Source: Felis catus (taxonomy: Eukaryota). Taken from it: a DNA stretch of 64,000 nucleotides. The notes under the pieces are model-generated. The model searched no databases, was not told where the DNA came from, and saw nothing but the letters and a program-made list of their open reading frames with translations. Positions 10,878-24,769 of the stretch are shown here, in pieces. The DNA lies in contig NC_058368.1 of NCBI RefSeq assembly GCF_018350175.1, forward strand, positions 224,194,001 through 224,258,000. Direction: 5' to 3'. The stretch's first letter is position 1. Each line of letters opens with the position of its first letter. Position numbers and translations under genes: made by a program.

Positions 10878-13548
10878 AAATGGGCAGTTTTGTATTAACA
10901 GACAGGAAGAGTGAAAGGGTGACCAAGCTGTAAATACAATTTAAGGCACCCCATTGTGTTAGGTCTCATAACCACAAACTACTATTACCTGAATTTACCA
11001 GAGTCACAAAGCAAAGGTCACTTCTTTTTCAGGTACCTAGTGTCCCAAAAGACCTCATCTTAGGTCTTGTGGGTGATAGCAAGAAATAAAAATATTCAAG
11101 CTTAATTTCATAGGTACAGCTTAGAAGATTGAAGAACAGAACTTTGATAACTTTTAGAATATCTTCAAAATTGTCAAACTGCTAGTTGTTTAATGAAAAA
11201 ATAAAAGCATTTCCTTATGGTTGGTAAGTCTATCTATGTATCTATGTATCTACCACCTATTTATTATCTATATATCTACCTATCACTTATCCATCTAAAT
11301 ATAAAAGTTAATTGAGTTTACCTTGAGAACATTTATCATTGTGTGTCAATATCAACTGCATTTGTGAAATGAGTTGAGTATTAAATGAGATGAGTATTAA
11401 AATGAAATGAGTCTGTGAGATTATGGGGAGAGGACCCCCAATAATGGAAAACTGTGAAAGAGACAGCGGTTTAGTCAGATTCCCATCAGGCTAAACACCA
11501 ATTTCATGGAAGGTGAGTCTTTCTGTGTTTTTGGTTGTTTGTTACATTAAATAGGTATTGTTCAGAGATCCAGTCTCTTGGTTCATTTATCATCATCATC
11601 TCAAGTAGATTATGGCTAATGATGGGTAAATATGCACTGGTGATTTGGATTTGTGAGGATGTTTATTTGTCTGTTGAACATGAAGTTTTGTTAATACAGT
11701 CATTTTTCAATCTCCCCCAAGTTGCAGTGATTTATATCCATGTAGATTTAAAAAAGTGGAAATTAATTTCATGCCATCAATTTACTTTTCCACTGAGTAA
11801 TTTGGGATACAAGATGTTAGTTTAAAATGTAAGAAGAAAATTAACTCCTAGCAAAGTAATTTAGCCATACAGTTGGACTTTATTTTTCCATTAAAGAAAG
11901 AACTTTTGAGTGTACATAAATTTTTAATTTTGCACTGAAAACAATATCAACACCCAGCTGTAACAATTACTTCCAACCCATATGTATCTGTAATTATTAA
12001 ATATATATCATGTCTTATTTTGTTACTCATACCAGTGGATTTTCTTTTAGAGATGATTTTGTCACCAAGTACATTTGTATAGCCGCATACTATATATCAG
12101 GGTAGATTTTTAAAAAGCCCTTTTAAAAATTACTGGTTCAAAATAACAGAATTCTGGTTTTAGTGTAACACTAATTTTTCATTACCCAAAGATATACAAA
12201 GGAGTTTTGATATCCATTCTATTCTTCAATTAGGTATACAAGGTCATCAGAAAACAGAACATTGATGTTCATTTAGCCTTGTTCTATTAGTAATGGGAAT
12301 TTTCTCTAAAAAAGTTATTTAAATTAATGTTTTTCATTTATATATGCTCTATTTTATCTGTATTACCCAACTATAGAAGAAACTTAACAAAATATGCCTG
12401 TTAAAGGAAAAAAGAGACATCAGACCCATGGAAAAGGAGAAGAAACATGATTATATAACCTCTTCTGTAAGGATATTGTATATTATTATTTCCATTTTAC
12501 CAGTGAAGTGTTTCAGGTTCCTGGAAAATGAGAAAATTATCAAGGATTGACTAAATAGTTGTCTAAGCAAATATGGTGCTCTTTCAGATCATGTCTGGAG
12601 TCTCTATATGTGCTTACTGCCATAACTGTTTATTGCAAACATACATAAAATACATCAGTTTTAAGGTCTTCACTGATATATTGGAGGCTTAAAATTTATC
12701 TTAGGACAACTATGTATATAGTGTATACGGAGGTTTTCCAAGAAGGGAATGGTTACATTTACAAACTGCTCTCCTCTTACAGAGCACTAACTCTAGACTT
12801 TAAAGGAAGCGGTGAGGTTATATTGCATAATCTAACTTTCAGTGAAACAAGTCACAGTACCTTCCTCTTTCAGCTACTTGATAAGGATTTTCAATAACGG
12901 AGAAGCCCATTATCACAGTTTCAGTACCACTAGGCTACGCATTATATCCCGTTTCCCATAACTTCATACTCATTACTATTCTGGTTACCTTTTTCAGGTT
13001 GAATTGTAAGTGATTCAAAGGTATTGCTTAGCACTTCCATGGATAAACAACACTATCATCTTTTTTATTTTTAAGTTGTAGACACTAAGCCTTTATGAAT
13101 ATAACCAGAAATCTCATCACCTTCTTCTGCAGTCGTGATCCTGTCAATAACTGGATCTATCTCTTTGGATCATAAATCTGGCACCGAATATATCCACTAC
13201 TCCTATCATATAATTTCACGTTTCATTTCCCTAAGTACTCTGTATGGGACATTCCCTTTTGCTGCGTGCCTGCCGTGTCTATAAAAGAGTAAATCACATT
13301 CTGTGCTCGTATCACTTTTAGAAGAGTCCCAAACCCTCTGTATGGAGCTTCTTAAAGTAATTTTGAGACCCGGTGAATAAAAGAACTGGCTATTGCCATA
13401 TGGAAAGGAAGAAACATAGGAAGCCATAGGATAAAATATGAATCTCAGGAAATACTCATTTTTGGAATTGCACAAATTAACTTGGGAAAAGAAAGTATCA
13501 TTTGGGAACTCAGTGGAGCTAAGAAAAAAATATTAAAAAGTATCTCCA

Positions 13549-13750
13549 GGGGCGCCTGGGTGGCTCAGTCGGTTAAGCATCCGACTTCAGCTCAGGTCAC
13601 GATCTCGCGGTCCGTGAGTTCGAGCCCCGCGTCGGGCTCTGGGCTGAGGCTCAGAGCCTGGAGCCTGCTTCTGATTCTGTGTCTCCCTCTCTCTCTGCCC
13701 CTCCCCCGTTCATGCTCTGTCTCTCTCTGTCCCCAAAATAAATAAACATT
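13549..13750 (+). mobile_element. Can-SINE (young SINEC_Fc-like)
   Basis: CpG-rich complete element; flanking direct repeat ATTAAAAAGTATCTCCAG at 13532-13549 and 13748-13765. Confidence 0.96.
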
Positions 13751-15773
13751 AAAAAGTATCTCCAGATAGAAACTCAAAAGTAGATATCAATAATAAGAAG
13801 ACTTACACTCCCTCCCCAAATATAAGGTGTCATTTGCTATGAAAATTGTTTTAATGTGGCAACTGATGAAAACAATCTTGAACTAAGAAACCAAATAAGC
13901 GTCTCTTATTCCTCCGCCCCCTATGATGGCCTCATAATCCTGTGAAAACAAATAATCACGAATACAACAAAGTAAATAAAACAGAAAAACATCAAAACGA
14001 AACCTCATGTTCATTCAAAGTTACTGAAATAACATAGAAGGATCAAAAACCTTCGGCAAATCAAAGTACTCTAACACAATCTAAATAGAAGAAAAATCTA
14101 ATACAGCATTGCAATATGAATTAGGTATAACTGAACTACTGCATAAGTTGGGGAGGGAACCTGAAATTCAAAAACTAAAACCAAAAATAAATCTACAGGA
14201 AAACTGTAAGAAAGATATGGGCAATTATATTATTATATGCAGAGCCCTTGAGGGGAGGTAGAGAGACAGGGGGTTGAGGTTATCCTTCCCAACTTCACAG
14301 ACATCTGGTTTGAACTTCTGACTTGGTGTGGAAAATTAATTGTGAGCACAACTTATATCGCCATCTTCAAGAAGAAACGTTAAGAGCTAAAATATACACT
14401 TCCACGTTCCATTTTGTCCCACGCTTTAGTGACTAGTCATGCGTCAACCAGAAATTGTCCTGATACTCTTGGCTCTGGAATGGAAGCAGATTTTGCAGAG
14501 TTCACCCTGAATAGGTTTGAAGGCACAAAAGGACAACTTAGCACCTGTTTCCACAACTCTGCTACCTCTCCATACACACTGGTGACCTCGTGAGGTGTTT
14601 CCTCAAGGAGGTGATGGAAAGGAAAAGGCAAACCAGGTTTGAAGGTGAATCTGTACCATATGCTACAAGTGAAAAGTTGCTTCACTAAAGCCCACTTAGA
14701 TAAGGCCATGAAGGACTGGTGGTGAAAACTTGTCTCAGTGAGAAGAAATTCAGATGATAAAATTAAACACACACACACACACGCACACACACACACGTGA
14801 TAACACGCAATTTCCTCTTTCCAGAGGTACATGATGAGAGCCAGATGAGACGTTATCCACCAACGCCAGTTTGGAGGAACTGGTCTGAGGTGGGAACTCC
14901 AAAATTATTAATCTGAATGGTTCTCTAAGAAAGGAACAGATGTTTCCCTCCCTTTCTGAGAAATGGATAGAAAAATCTTAACACCTTCTACTTGGGAAGG
15001 ATTCTGGGTTCTTACATTGGGAACATAAAAAAATGACTCCAGCAAAGACAAAACTAGGGACTTCAAGCTCTACATCCCAGACAAGCGTCCACGATCCTGG
15101 TTCACATATCTCCTTAAAGTGTAAACATATAGCTTTGGAGAGGAAACTGTCTCAAGATTTCTTTCACTAACTAGTCAGTCATAATTTAGCTTCTGAGAGG
15201 TGTTCTTTTGTAAATATTTTCTCTTCCGTCACACAATCCCTTCCTGAGGACGCTAACAGGCAGAGAGTATATCAATGAGCTGTCCTGTGTCTGATGTTTG
15301 GATGCTATAAACACACGGCTCCCACAGAAGCTGGAGAGGGACTAGATTGAGCTCAGAATGTTTACAAATCCTGCTCCATCTTTCTAAGATCAGTTTGGCC
15401 TGTTAATATCCCTTAGCTGAAATTCAAAGTTTCTCTAAATGCAGCTCTTTCTGCATAAACGAACTGTCCCTTCCAGTTTCCAGTAACCTCTCCTTCACCT
15501 TACGTATTTGGAATGAGAGGTGATAAATTTCCCTTATATTAACCCCACCTCAGTGCTTTCTCTATACCTTGTAGTTTTCCTATGTACATGGATACACCTT
15601 TTTTAAAAAATCTTAAAAAACACAACCCTCATAGTATCTTTGAATGTGCCATTTCCTTCCTTATGTGACTCATCTCATTGTCTTATTTTTAAAATTATCT
15701 TTATTTATATATTTTCCAACTGACCAAAGGGTACCTAAGATATCCACATCGGGTTTTTCATCATTTATAAAAG

Positions 15774-15979
15774 TTTTTTTTAAATATTTATTTATTTTTG
15801 AGACAGAGAGAGAGCATGAGAGAGGAGGGGCAGAGAGAGAGGAAGACACAGAATCCAAAGTAGCCTTCAGGCTCTGAGCTGTCAGCACAGAGCCCAAGTG
15901 GGGCTCGAACCCATGAACTATGGGATTATGACCTGAGCCGAAGTCCGATGCTTAACTGACTGAGCCTCCCAGGCACTCC
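15774..15979 (-). mobile_element. Can-SINE
   Basis: Antisense head, (GA)n and T-tail; imperfect TSD GGTTT(T)(T/A)CATCATTT. Confidence 0.92.
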
Positions 15980-15990
15980 AGGTTTACATC

Positions 15991-16189
15991 ATTTTTTAAA
16001 ATGTTTATTTTTGAGAGTGAGAGAGAGAATGTGCCTGTGCAAGTGAGCAGAGGAGGGGCAGAGAGAGAGGGACACAGAGGATCTGAAGCTGGTTCAGTGT
16101 TGACAGCAGAGAACACGATGCAACTCACGAACTGCAAGATCATGACCTGAGCTGAAGGTAAACGCTTGACTGAGCCACTCAGGCGCTCC
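15991..16189 (-). mobile_element. Can-SINE
   Basis: Second antisense copy in tandem; GATCATGACCTGAGCTGAAG...TGAGCCACTCAGGCGCTCC. Confidence 0.9.
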
Positions 16190-16404
16190 TCATCGCTTTT
16201 TTTTTTCTCTTCACACTAACATTCCTTTTTTTCTTTAGTGCTGTATTATAATAACTTCACGTAAACTTTTCCACATTTGCAAGTGATCATATCTGCCTTG
16301 ATTTCCTATCTGTTTTGAAGAAATGTAGCTGAATATTCCTTAACACTCCCTACCTCACCTGGCTTCAGTTTCCTCCCTTGTCTTAAATTTTACTTGGAAC
16401 ACAC

Positions 16405-16762
16405 GTTGGTCTGCTCTTGCTGCCACACACAATGCCACAGACCGTGGATCTTAGCCAAGAGAAATGTGTTTTCTCACAGTCCTGGAGGCTGGAAGGCCCA
16501 GCTCAAGATGAGGACCGATTCAATTCCTGATAAGCGCTCTCTCCCTGGCTGCCAGATGGCTACCCCTTCACTGTATTCTCACCTGAACTTTGCTCGGTGC
16601 CTATGGCCACAGAAGGGCTTTCCGATGCCTCCGATAAGGACGCTAATCCCATGCGCGCCTGGGTGGTTCAGTCGGTTAAGCATCTGACCCTCCATTTCAG
16701 CTTAGGTTATGATCTCACAGTATATGAGATGGAGCCCTGTGTCAGGTTCTGTGTTGCTTGGG

Positions 16763-16810
<48 letters not shown>

Positions 16811-17035
16811 TCCCTCTCCCTCTCCCTCTCCCTCTCCCTCTCCCTCTCTCCCTCCCTCCCTCCCTTGTGTGCATGCTCTCTCTCTTTCTCTCAAATAAAT
16901 AAATACAACTTTAAAAAGGACACTAATCCATCAGATCTGGACCCCACTTTTATGACCTTATTTAACCTTAATTACTTCCTTAGCGGTCCCACCTCCAAAC
17001 ACCGCCGCAACGGGGGTAGTGGTTTTGACATATGA
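16405..17035 (-). mobile_element. MaLR solo LTR (MLT1A-like) interrupted by a SINE
   Basis: TTCTCACAGTCCTGGAGGCTGGAAG, CAGATGGC, ATAAGGACGCTAATCC, TTATGACCTTATTTAACCTTAATTACTTCC are antisense MLT1A hallmarks. Confidence 0.8.
16653..16915 (+). mobile_element. Can-SINE with expanded (CT)n/(CTCTCC)n tract, inserted in MLT1
   Basis: Head GCGCCTGGGTGGTTCAGTCGGTTAAG; TSD AAGGAC(G/A)CTAATCC at 16636-16649 and 16916-16929; ~100-bp pyrimidine tract at 16765-16863. Confidence 0.92.
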
Positions 17036-17357
17036 CATGTGATTTTGAGAATACACCAACATGCAGGTCATAGAAAACAACTTGGTAGTGCTTCAGACTA
17101 CTCGTCTCTGAATATTGGATCATTTAGGACATTGGGGGACAAAAGTATAGTATCTTGGGCTTTTCTCTCTGTTCTGAGACCCCAAGTCAGGGTCTACTCC
17201 ACTAATCCAGGAAGTCATTTCACTCTTATGCATTTCAATTTGTATGTTCCTCTTATCTTCATATGATTAAGAACATAGGTTATGCAATCCAGAGTGTATT
17301 TTTCAGAAATATTTGTAAACATCCTCAATCAATAGTACTAGAAGAGGAGAACTTTCT

Positions 17358-17590
17358 GGGGCCCCTGGGTGGCTCAGTCAGTCAAGTGTCTGACTTCGGT
17401 CCAGGTCATGATCTCACAGTTTGTGGATTCGAGCCCCTCATCGGACTCTGTAGAGCTGACAGTTCAGAGCCTGGAGCCTGCTTCAGATTCTGTGTCTCAC
17501 TCTCTCTGCCCCTCCCCTGCATCATGCTCTGTCTCTGTCTCTCATAAATAAACAAACAAACATACATTTAAAAAAATGAAAAAAAAAGTA
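17358..17590 (+). mobile_element. Can-SINE
   Basis: GGGGCCCCTGGGTGGCTCAGTCAG head, body and A-tail. Confidence 0.93.
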
Positions 17591-17632
17591 AAAGAGACAT
17601 TCCTAATGTATCTAAATTACAGGATGGTTTAT

Positions 17633-17854
17633 TTTTTTTTAATTTTTTTTATATTTATTTATTTTTGAGAGGCAGAGTGAGGCAAAGTGAGAGTGGGGGA
17701 GGGGCAGAGAGAGAGGGAGACACAGGATTGGAAACAGGCTCCAGGCTCTGAGCTGTCAGCCCAGAGCCTGACGCGGGGCTCGAACCCACAGACTGTGAGA
17801 TCATGACCTGAGCTGAAATAGGACGCTCAACCGGCTGAGCCACCCAGGCGCCCC
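17633..17854 (-). mobile_element. Can-SINE (young)
   Basis: Complete antisense element; TSD GGATGGTTTAT at 17622-17632 and 17857-17867. Confidence 0.95.
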
Positions 17855-19427
17855 GGGGATGGTTTATGTTTTAAATTACTACTAGTGTAGCAGAAGATCT
17901 TGTGCCAAATATTTGATTAAGATGTACCATTTGGAGAATCTTCTTCACAGTCTTAAAAGGTAATCTATTTTTTAATGGTGGTAACTGTTGAATTTAACAA
18001 TCAAAATCTTTCATAAGCAACTAAAATTTAAAAACAAAATAACAAGGAAATTAAAATCACTGCATTTTACCATCTGCTTACATTTATGTTTAATGTGCCA
18101 AATCATAATTTGCAGACAGAAATTGTTTCTCAAGCTACATAATTAAACTTTAAAACAAAAATTCCTCACTTATAAAATACTAATGTTGACTTAGATATTA
18201 GAAGTGCAATTTTGGATGTTGAGAGGAGGGTTAGAAGAGTATGGAAGAGAACAGATCACAAATAGGCATCTAAGCAAGGGCTATACAATTTTTTAAACCT
18301 GAAAATAAGGCACCATTTTTTCATCCCAATGCCAATTTCTCAGCTGTTCTTAATATTTTTTATGAGCATCAAGTAATATTTTATGGAAATTATTAGATGA
18401 AATATAATAAGATAGTTTACTTGTGGTAATTGAAAGGATTAATCCAAATTTTCTGTGTATTTTCAAAGAGTAGATGTGTATTAATGGAAAACACATATAA
18501 AAAATCATTGAGTCAAAGATAAATGGAAGACGCATGACCACAGCCCTCACCCCTTCTGTGTTACTTTTGAATATCTTAAGAATAGTTATTTTGTGCTTGC
18601 TTTTAAATTTTATCCCAGGAACTCCTCTCCTAGGATGCATTTATCTGTTTGTTTATTTTTTAGTTTGGATAGCCTATTCTGGATTACGCTCAGAGAAAAT
18701 GTGTGATGTGGGAGGAAGAAATCTTTAAGCATAGAGGTCAATGGCTATGTTGAAGTCAGCTAGAACATCCTGGCTCACAGTAATATAGCTCTATTTCATG
18801 GAACATTTATTATTACAACAACTAAGTATGGCACAGCTTCAGCTTGGCAAAAGTGATAGAATGCCTCCTGTAAATATTAATAACTTCACTGTCTTCATTT
18901 TGCACATACGTTCCCTTGACACCTTTGAATATATCAAAACTATTTTTAGAATTAGTCCCTCACAGTGGAAAGCATATATTTAATGTGGATTCTGAGTCGA
19001 ATTACTACAAAAGCATTTTCAGATCCCTAAACATTTCATAAGAGATATCCCAAGACACCACATATCATTCGGAGTGTCTACAAAGTAGAAACTGTAAATA
19101 TCTGAACTTGAGGATGCTTTCCTACATGTGCATTTGCATTGATGAGTGCATGACAAAGACTTTATTTATGTTTATTTTATTTTATCACTCTCTACTGGAG
19201 AAAAGAAAAAGCAGGGTACTGATTTCTACAAATCCATGCAAATTTACACACAGCACATATGCTGTTACTGTAGATAAAAATAATGAAACTGAAGTCTCTT
19301 TGGATTATTTTCCAATACATTTTGCATGTCTCTTCTGATGCAGAGAATTATCAATTTCTTCAAGTTTGTTTGTGTGTGTGTTTTTTAAATCTGGATGCAT
19401 TTACTGCCTATTTGCAGATACATGCAG

Positions 19428-19430
<3 letters not shown>

Positions 19431-19481
<51 letters not shown>
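19431..19481. repeat. (CA)n microsatellite
   Basis: About 25 uninterrupted CA units. Confidence 0.95.
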
Positions 19482-19484
<3 letters not shown>

Positions 19485-20101
19485 ACCTGGCATACATCTA
19501 AATATAGATGACAGATCTAGATATAGATTACAGGAATAAAAGTATTTGTGTTATTTCATACTCTGAAACCAAGAAGTAGGACAGGAAGAACATATGTTTA
19601 AAACTATTATTGTTTAAACATTGTTATTATTTAAAACATGACTTATTTACAAATTATATGATATTATAAGCAGAAGATATCTCATGTACTTTTTATTTTT
19701 AAAGTGAATTGAGATGATTTTAATACATTTATCTAAAACATGTCATAAGTGTTTGAAATGACTGTATTTTATTTAATATATCAAATATGTTTGCTAATTC
19801 ATATATTCTATTTAATATTAATTATTTTAATTTTGTTTTTTGACTACTTTATTTTCTTTACTATATGTAGTAGTAGTTTTACATTATTATGCAACTTTAT
19901 AAATTTCATGATATCTTTCTAAAAACATTTACTTTATAATTATTGCTTGTGTTATTAAGTATCAACTAATCCATAGCTATTGTAGTTTCCTGAGTATAAT
20001 TTCATTAAAATATTTTTTCCTGATTTGTTTGTATGTCTGAAAATTTTCTATTCTCTCATTATTGGCCATGGCTTTGACTGAATATCTGTTTAAAATTACT
20101 C

Positions 20102-20325
20102 GGGGCGCCTGGGTGGCTCAGTCGGTTAAGCGTCTGACTTCGGCTCAGGTCATGATCTCACGGTCCGTTAGTTCGAGCCCCGCGTCAGGCTCTGTGCTGA
20201 CAGCTCAGAGCCTGGAGCCTGTTTCAGATTCTGTGTCTCCCTCTCTCTGACCCTCCCCCGTTCATGCTCTGTCTCTCTCTGTCTCAAAAATAAATAAATG
20301 TTAAAAAAAATTAAAAATAAATAAA
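20102..20325 (+). mobile_element. Can-SINE (young SINEC_Fc-like)
   Basis: Complete element; TSD TAAAATTACT at 20091-20100 and 20326-20335. Confidence 0.96.
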
Positions 20326-20449
20326 TAAAATTACTACTTGGTAACTTTCCATTATAAATGTATATATTGGGGCATATTGAAAAATTTATGCTGGAGAAAG
20401 TCAATAAAGAATATATTAAATTTGAAAATCAATTAATCAATCAATCAAC

Positions 20450-21720
20450 AATATTGGCAGAGAAGGACCTAGGAAAAAACTCTTTCATAAAAGCAAGTAG
20501 GACACTGACAAGAACTGTCAGAATCAACACTGTTCTTACTCTGGAAACTAAGCAAACATTGTAGCCATCTAGGGAAGGTTTCTTCAAGAAAAGGATGAAT
20601 CTTGTAAAAAAAAAAAAAAGTCAGTCTTTTCCTGTCTCATAGTTCTCTGGTAGCCCTTACTTCCAAAGTTGTCTTTATTCATTCTGATGTAGAGCTAACT
20701 CAGTGTGAAAAGCTTTTTATTCAGGCGCACTAAAAAAGAAAAAAAAAACAAACAAACCAGTTATATACCATGTTGTTTTCCTGAAGCAGTAGACAAGAGT
20801 TGGGGCAAACAATGGATGAACCAAAAAGCTTAAAAAATTGAGGAATGAAATGACTATAGAGAAGTATGAAAATATCTAATATTTTTGGAGAATCTAGGTC
20901 TTGTGAATGCACAGTGTTGTTCTCATGCCCAGGGTTGCAAGGATATTCAAAAAAGATCTGGGAAGTCCCTATGCTCTCACCTCCATCTAATCTTGAGAGT
21001 CTATACAAGCAGGAGGTAAAGGCCAAGGCAGAGCTGTAATCTGCCAAGCTGAGTGTTAAAGACATCCTACAACATGCACACTTTGACCCTTAGCACACAC
21101 TGCGAGACTTATTGGTCCCAGGTATTGAAAAATTTCTGTCCTATCAGTAGCTGACCACTAAGCTAACTCCAGAGAGATTTCAGTGGTCACAAATGGCAAA
21201 GAAAACAGAATTTACAGAATTGTTTCAGAAAAGTACTACACAAACAAGCAAAACCATCAGCAGCAAATAGCACCAGAATAAAACAGCACCAAAAGAAAAC
21301 AAAATAAAATACCATCTGGGGATGGAGTAGAATCTGATTTCCAGAATCATCACGTATTATTATTTAAAATATTATTTTTCAATAAAAATAACATATGGAA
21401 CCTGCAAAGAGCAATAAAGTATGGTCCTGGGGGAAATGTCAATTAAACCATCCCTGGAAAGACCAGAGATTAGGATTCATACTGATATATGATACAATAT
21501 GGATAAACCTTGAGAACATTACGAAAAGTGAAAAAATGAGATGAAAAAAGGCCATAAATTGTATGATTCAATTAAAATGAAACATTAAAATAAGAAAATC
21601 TATAGAAACAGGAAGTAGATTATTGGTGGCAAAAGGCTGGGGGTGGAAATGGGAATAGTTGGCAATAGATATAAGGATTTTCAAGAGTGAAAAAACATCT
21701 CAATATGGCAACAACTTCTA
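20450..21720 (+). mobile_element. Ancient L1M remnants (5' region, then a 3'UTR fragment from ~21480)
   Basis: AACTGTCAGAATCAAC, GGGCAAACAATGGATGAACCAAAAAGCTTAAAA, CTCTCACCTC...AAGCAGGAGGTAAAGGCCAAGGCAGAGCTGTAA resemble L1MC/MD 5' ends; ATGGATAAACCTTGAGAACATT...TATAGAAACAGGAAGTAGATT resembles an L1M 3'UTR. Confidence 0.65.
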
Positions 21721-21761
21721 AACTTCACCAGGGTCAAAGATCTAAAGTATTTAAAGAGCTT

Positions 21762-22418
21762 GCATCCTTTACACTGTTGGTGGGAATGTAAGCTGGAAAA
21801 CAGTATGGAGATTTCTCAGTTAAAAATAGAATTACCCTCCCATGTAGCAATTGCACTACTAGGTATTTACACAAAGGATACAAAAATACTGATTCAAAAG
21901 GATACATGCACCCCATGTTTATAGCAGCATTCTCATCCATAGCCAAATTATGGGAAGAACCCAAATGTCCACTGACTGATGAATGGATAAAGAAGATGTG
22001 TTTTATACACACGCATGGAATATTACTAAGCCATCAAAAATAATTAAATCTCTCCACTTGTGACAGCATGGATAGAGCTAGAGACTATTACACTAAGCAA
22101 AATAAGTCCGAGAAAGACAAATACCATATGATTTCACTCATACGTGGAATTTGAGAAACAAAACAAATGAACTGGGGCCAGGGGAAGAGAGGCAAACCAA
22201 GAGACAGACTCTTGACAGTGAAAAACAATCTTGTGATTTCTGGAGGGGAGGGGAGGGGGTTGGTTGGATGGGTGATGGGTATTAGGAGGGCACTTGTGAC
22301 TGGCAGGAAGCATTGTATGTAAAGGATGAGTCACTGAATTCTACCCCTGAAGCCATTATTGCACTGTATGTTGACTAGCTAAAATATAAATAAAAACTCG
22401 GAGGAAAAAAAAAAAAAG
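21762..22418 (+). mobile_element. 5'-truncated carnivore LINE-1 3' end
   Basis: ORF2 end (ACACTGTTGGTGGGAATG...TGCACCCCATGTTTATAGCAGC), G-rich 3'UTR, AATAAA and poly(A). Confidence 0.9.
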
Positions 22419-23815
22419 AATAAAACAATGCATAAAATCTTAATACCCCCTATGTGGTTGTTACAACTATTACATCTTTCTTTTTTTTTCCTTTATTTTG
22501 TTTCCATGCCATTAATTTCTAGAAATAACTGGGTTAGATTTTATGAATTATCACTATCTTTCTATCTATCTAGTCTATGTATATGTGGGTGATCCCTACT
22601 GATGTTACTTAACATTTGCCTCTATTCCATGTGTGTCCTGTAAATTGGAAGCCATAGCTAAATAGTGATTATACCCAGGTCCAAATCATTTTGGTCAGAC
22701 TGCCATAAAAGATGCACAATACATTTCATGCTGTATTGTGTGAACATAAATACAATATCTTTATGAATTTGATCCCTTTTAGTCAGGTTGAGACTGATCA
22801 GTGGTGACAACATAGTCTTCCAATTATAAATTCCCCACTCATATTTTTCTCTATATATTTAGCATTCACCTACACTTGATTTACCCCATACTACAGTACA
22901 AACAGGACAAGTGAGATAATTGCTTACCTTTTTCCCATTAGATCAATTTTTTTTTTATGAAAAAGAAACTCTTTTTCTTTTAATCTTTCTTTTACATGAA
23001 AATAGATTGGATAAATAGATGTCACTGTTAAGTAAAAAAAAAAAAAAAAAAAAAAAAACCTTAAACAGAATCGGTATTTATGACCTTGAGAAAATATTCA
23101 TAATTTGGTTTTTATTTTAAGACCAAGAAAGGTCCAAAAATGAGATCCCCTTTTCCTTTTATTTCTGTGGCAGGAAGCAAGAGCCAATGACATTCTGAGG
23201 TGAAGCAGCTAATAACCAATTTTAATTAACAAATACTGTAATATAAAGAATTTGTCCCCAGTAAGCCAGCTGTCAACCTCTTTAGAGGTGATAAAAACAT
23301 TGAAAGTTGCAGGATCACATGACTGCTCCTGATAGTTGTACACAATCCAGAGTGACAAAAATGTAAATTCACACCTTTACATTCTAATCTTAAACATAGA
23401 ATAAAACTTAGGGCCATTATCTAAATAAAATACTTTCTAAGCTATTCTCCCTTGACTTTTAAAAGCCCAGTTTGGAAGACAACTTTACAAATCACTGAAT
23501 TAAAACACTATTTGAATTAACAATAATTATAAAAAGTTGTCAAATTTAGGAAGAAAATATAAAATCGTGAAAACTGGAATACAAATTTGTCGGAGTTGTT
23601 GGATGTTCTAGAGAACACTGAAGCACAAATCCTGTCTGATCTGCTCCCCACTGAAATTTTCTTCGTAGAAGAAATTAGTATTCGCCCTTCCTCTCCCTAA
23701 TTGTGAACTCACAAAGCCTAGCATTTCAACTTAGAATTGCTCTAAGGATATTCAGGATGAATATTAGTTATAAAACCAATATGGCCACAAGAAATACTAG
23801 AAATTTGTGAGTTCA

Positions 23816-24027
23816 AAACATTTGTAATGTTTATTTGTTTTTGAGAGAGAGAGAAACAGAGCAGAGCAGGGGAGGGGCAGAGAGAGAGGGAGACACAGAA
23901 GCAGCTCTAGGCTCCAGGCTCCGAGGTGTCAGCACAGAGCCTGATGTGGGGCTCAAACTCACCAACCGTGAGATCATGACCTGAGCCGAAACTAGACACT
24001 CAACCAACTGAGCCACCCAGGCACCCC
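23816..24027 (-). mobile_element. Can-SINE
   Basis: TSD AGAAAT(T/C)TGTGAGTTCA at 23799-23815 and 24028-24044. Confidence 0.95.
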
Positions 24028-24769
24028 AGAAATCTGTGAGTTCATACTAAAAAGTGTAAATTTCATGAATAAAAATTTTTGGAGTGTTGACTAAGGCAAA
24101 CTAGACAAAATTTTGGTTGCCAGCAACCATTAGAATCATAGCATTGATTACATCTAGAGTAGCTGATAGATTCTGACAGTTCAGATAATGTGAATGTGGG
24201 CTAAATAATAACCAGCTCTGAAATGACATTTATAGAATAGAGAGCTTTTGGTAAAATTTCAAGGCAAAAAATAAATTGATACGGTAAATAAGTAAGAGTG
24301 CATATATGGGGCAAATTTAAATCTTCTTAACAATTTTTACTGATTATGATAAAAAGCTTAAAAAACACTTTACTTGAAAGTAAATGCAAACATATCAAGG
24401 AAAAATCATCAAAATAGAAAAAAGAGAAAACATTATTTGTGATTAAAGAAAAACTCAGGATGAAGAATAAACCTTACAACAACATCAAAAAATTCTACTG
24501 AATGCACTAATACAGATTTAGAAGATAAAGTTATTGAAAATGACTTTTAAGACAAAGGAGTAATTAAATATAAGCTTTTTGAAATTGTAAAATCCAATAA
24601 ATATAAACAAAATATAAAACAAGAAAATATAATGCAAAAAACAAGGACATGGGAATTGTCTCTGTGATTATATTATCAAATTAAAATATTTTAAAGTTAA
24701 AATATTAGAAAATATTAGAAACAATAAGGAGAGTTTAACAAGGTGGTTGAATATGAAACCAACATAAAC

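Noticed and set aside
12712..13475. ORFs considered as a possible endogenous viral element or coding exon
   Set aside because: No recognisable viral or cellular motifs and stops in all frames; parts resemble decayed L2
14437..14890. 131-aa minus ORF and a plus-strand pseudo-exon (TTTCCAG|AGGTAC...GAG|GTGGGA)
   Set aside because: The ORF includes a (CA)n repeat and has no recognisable homology; the donor is weak and has no partner exons
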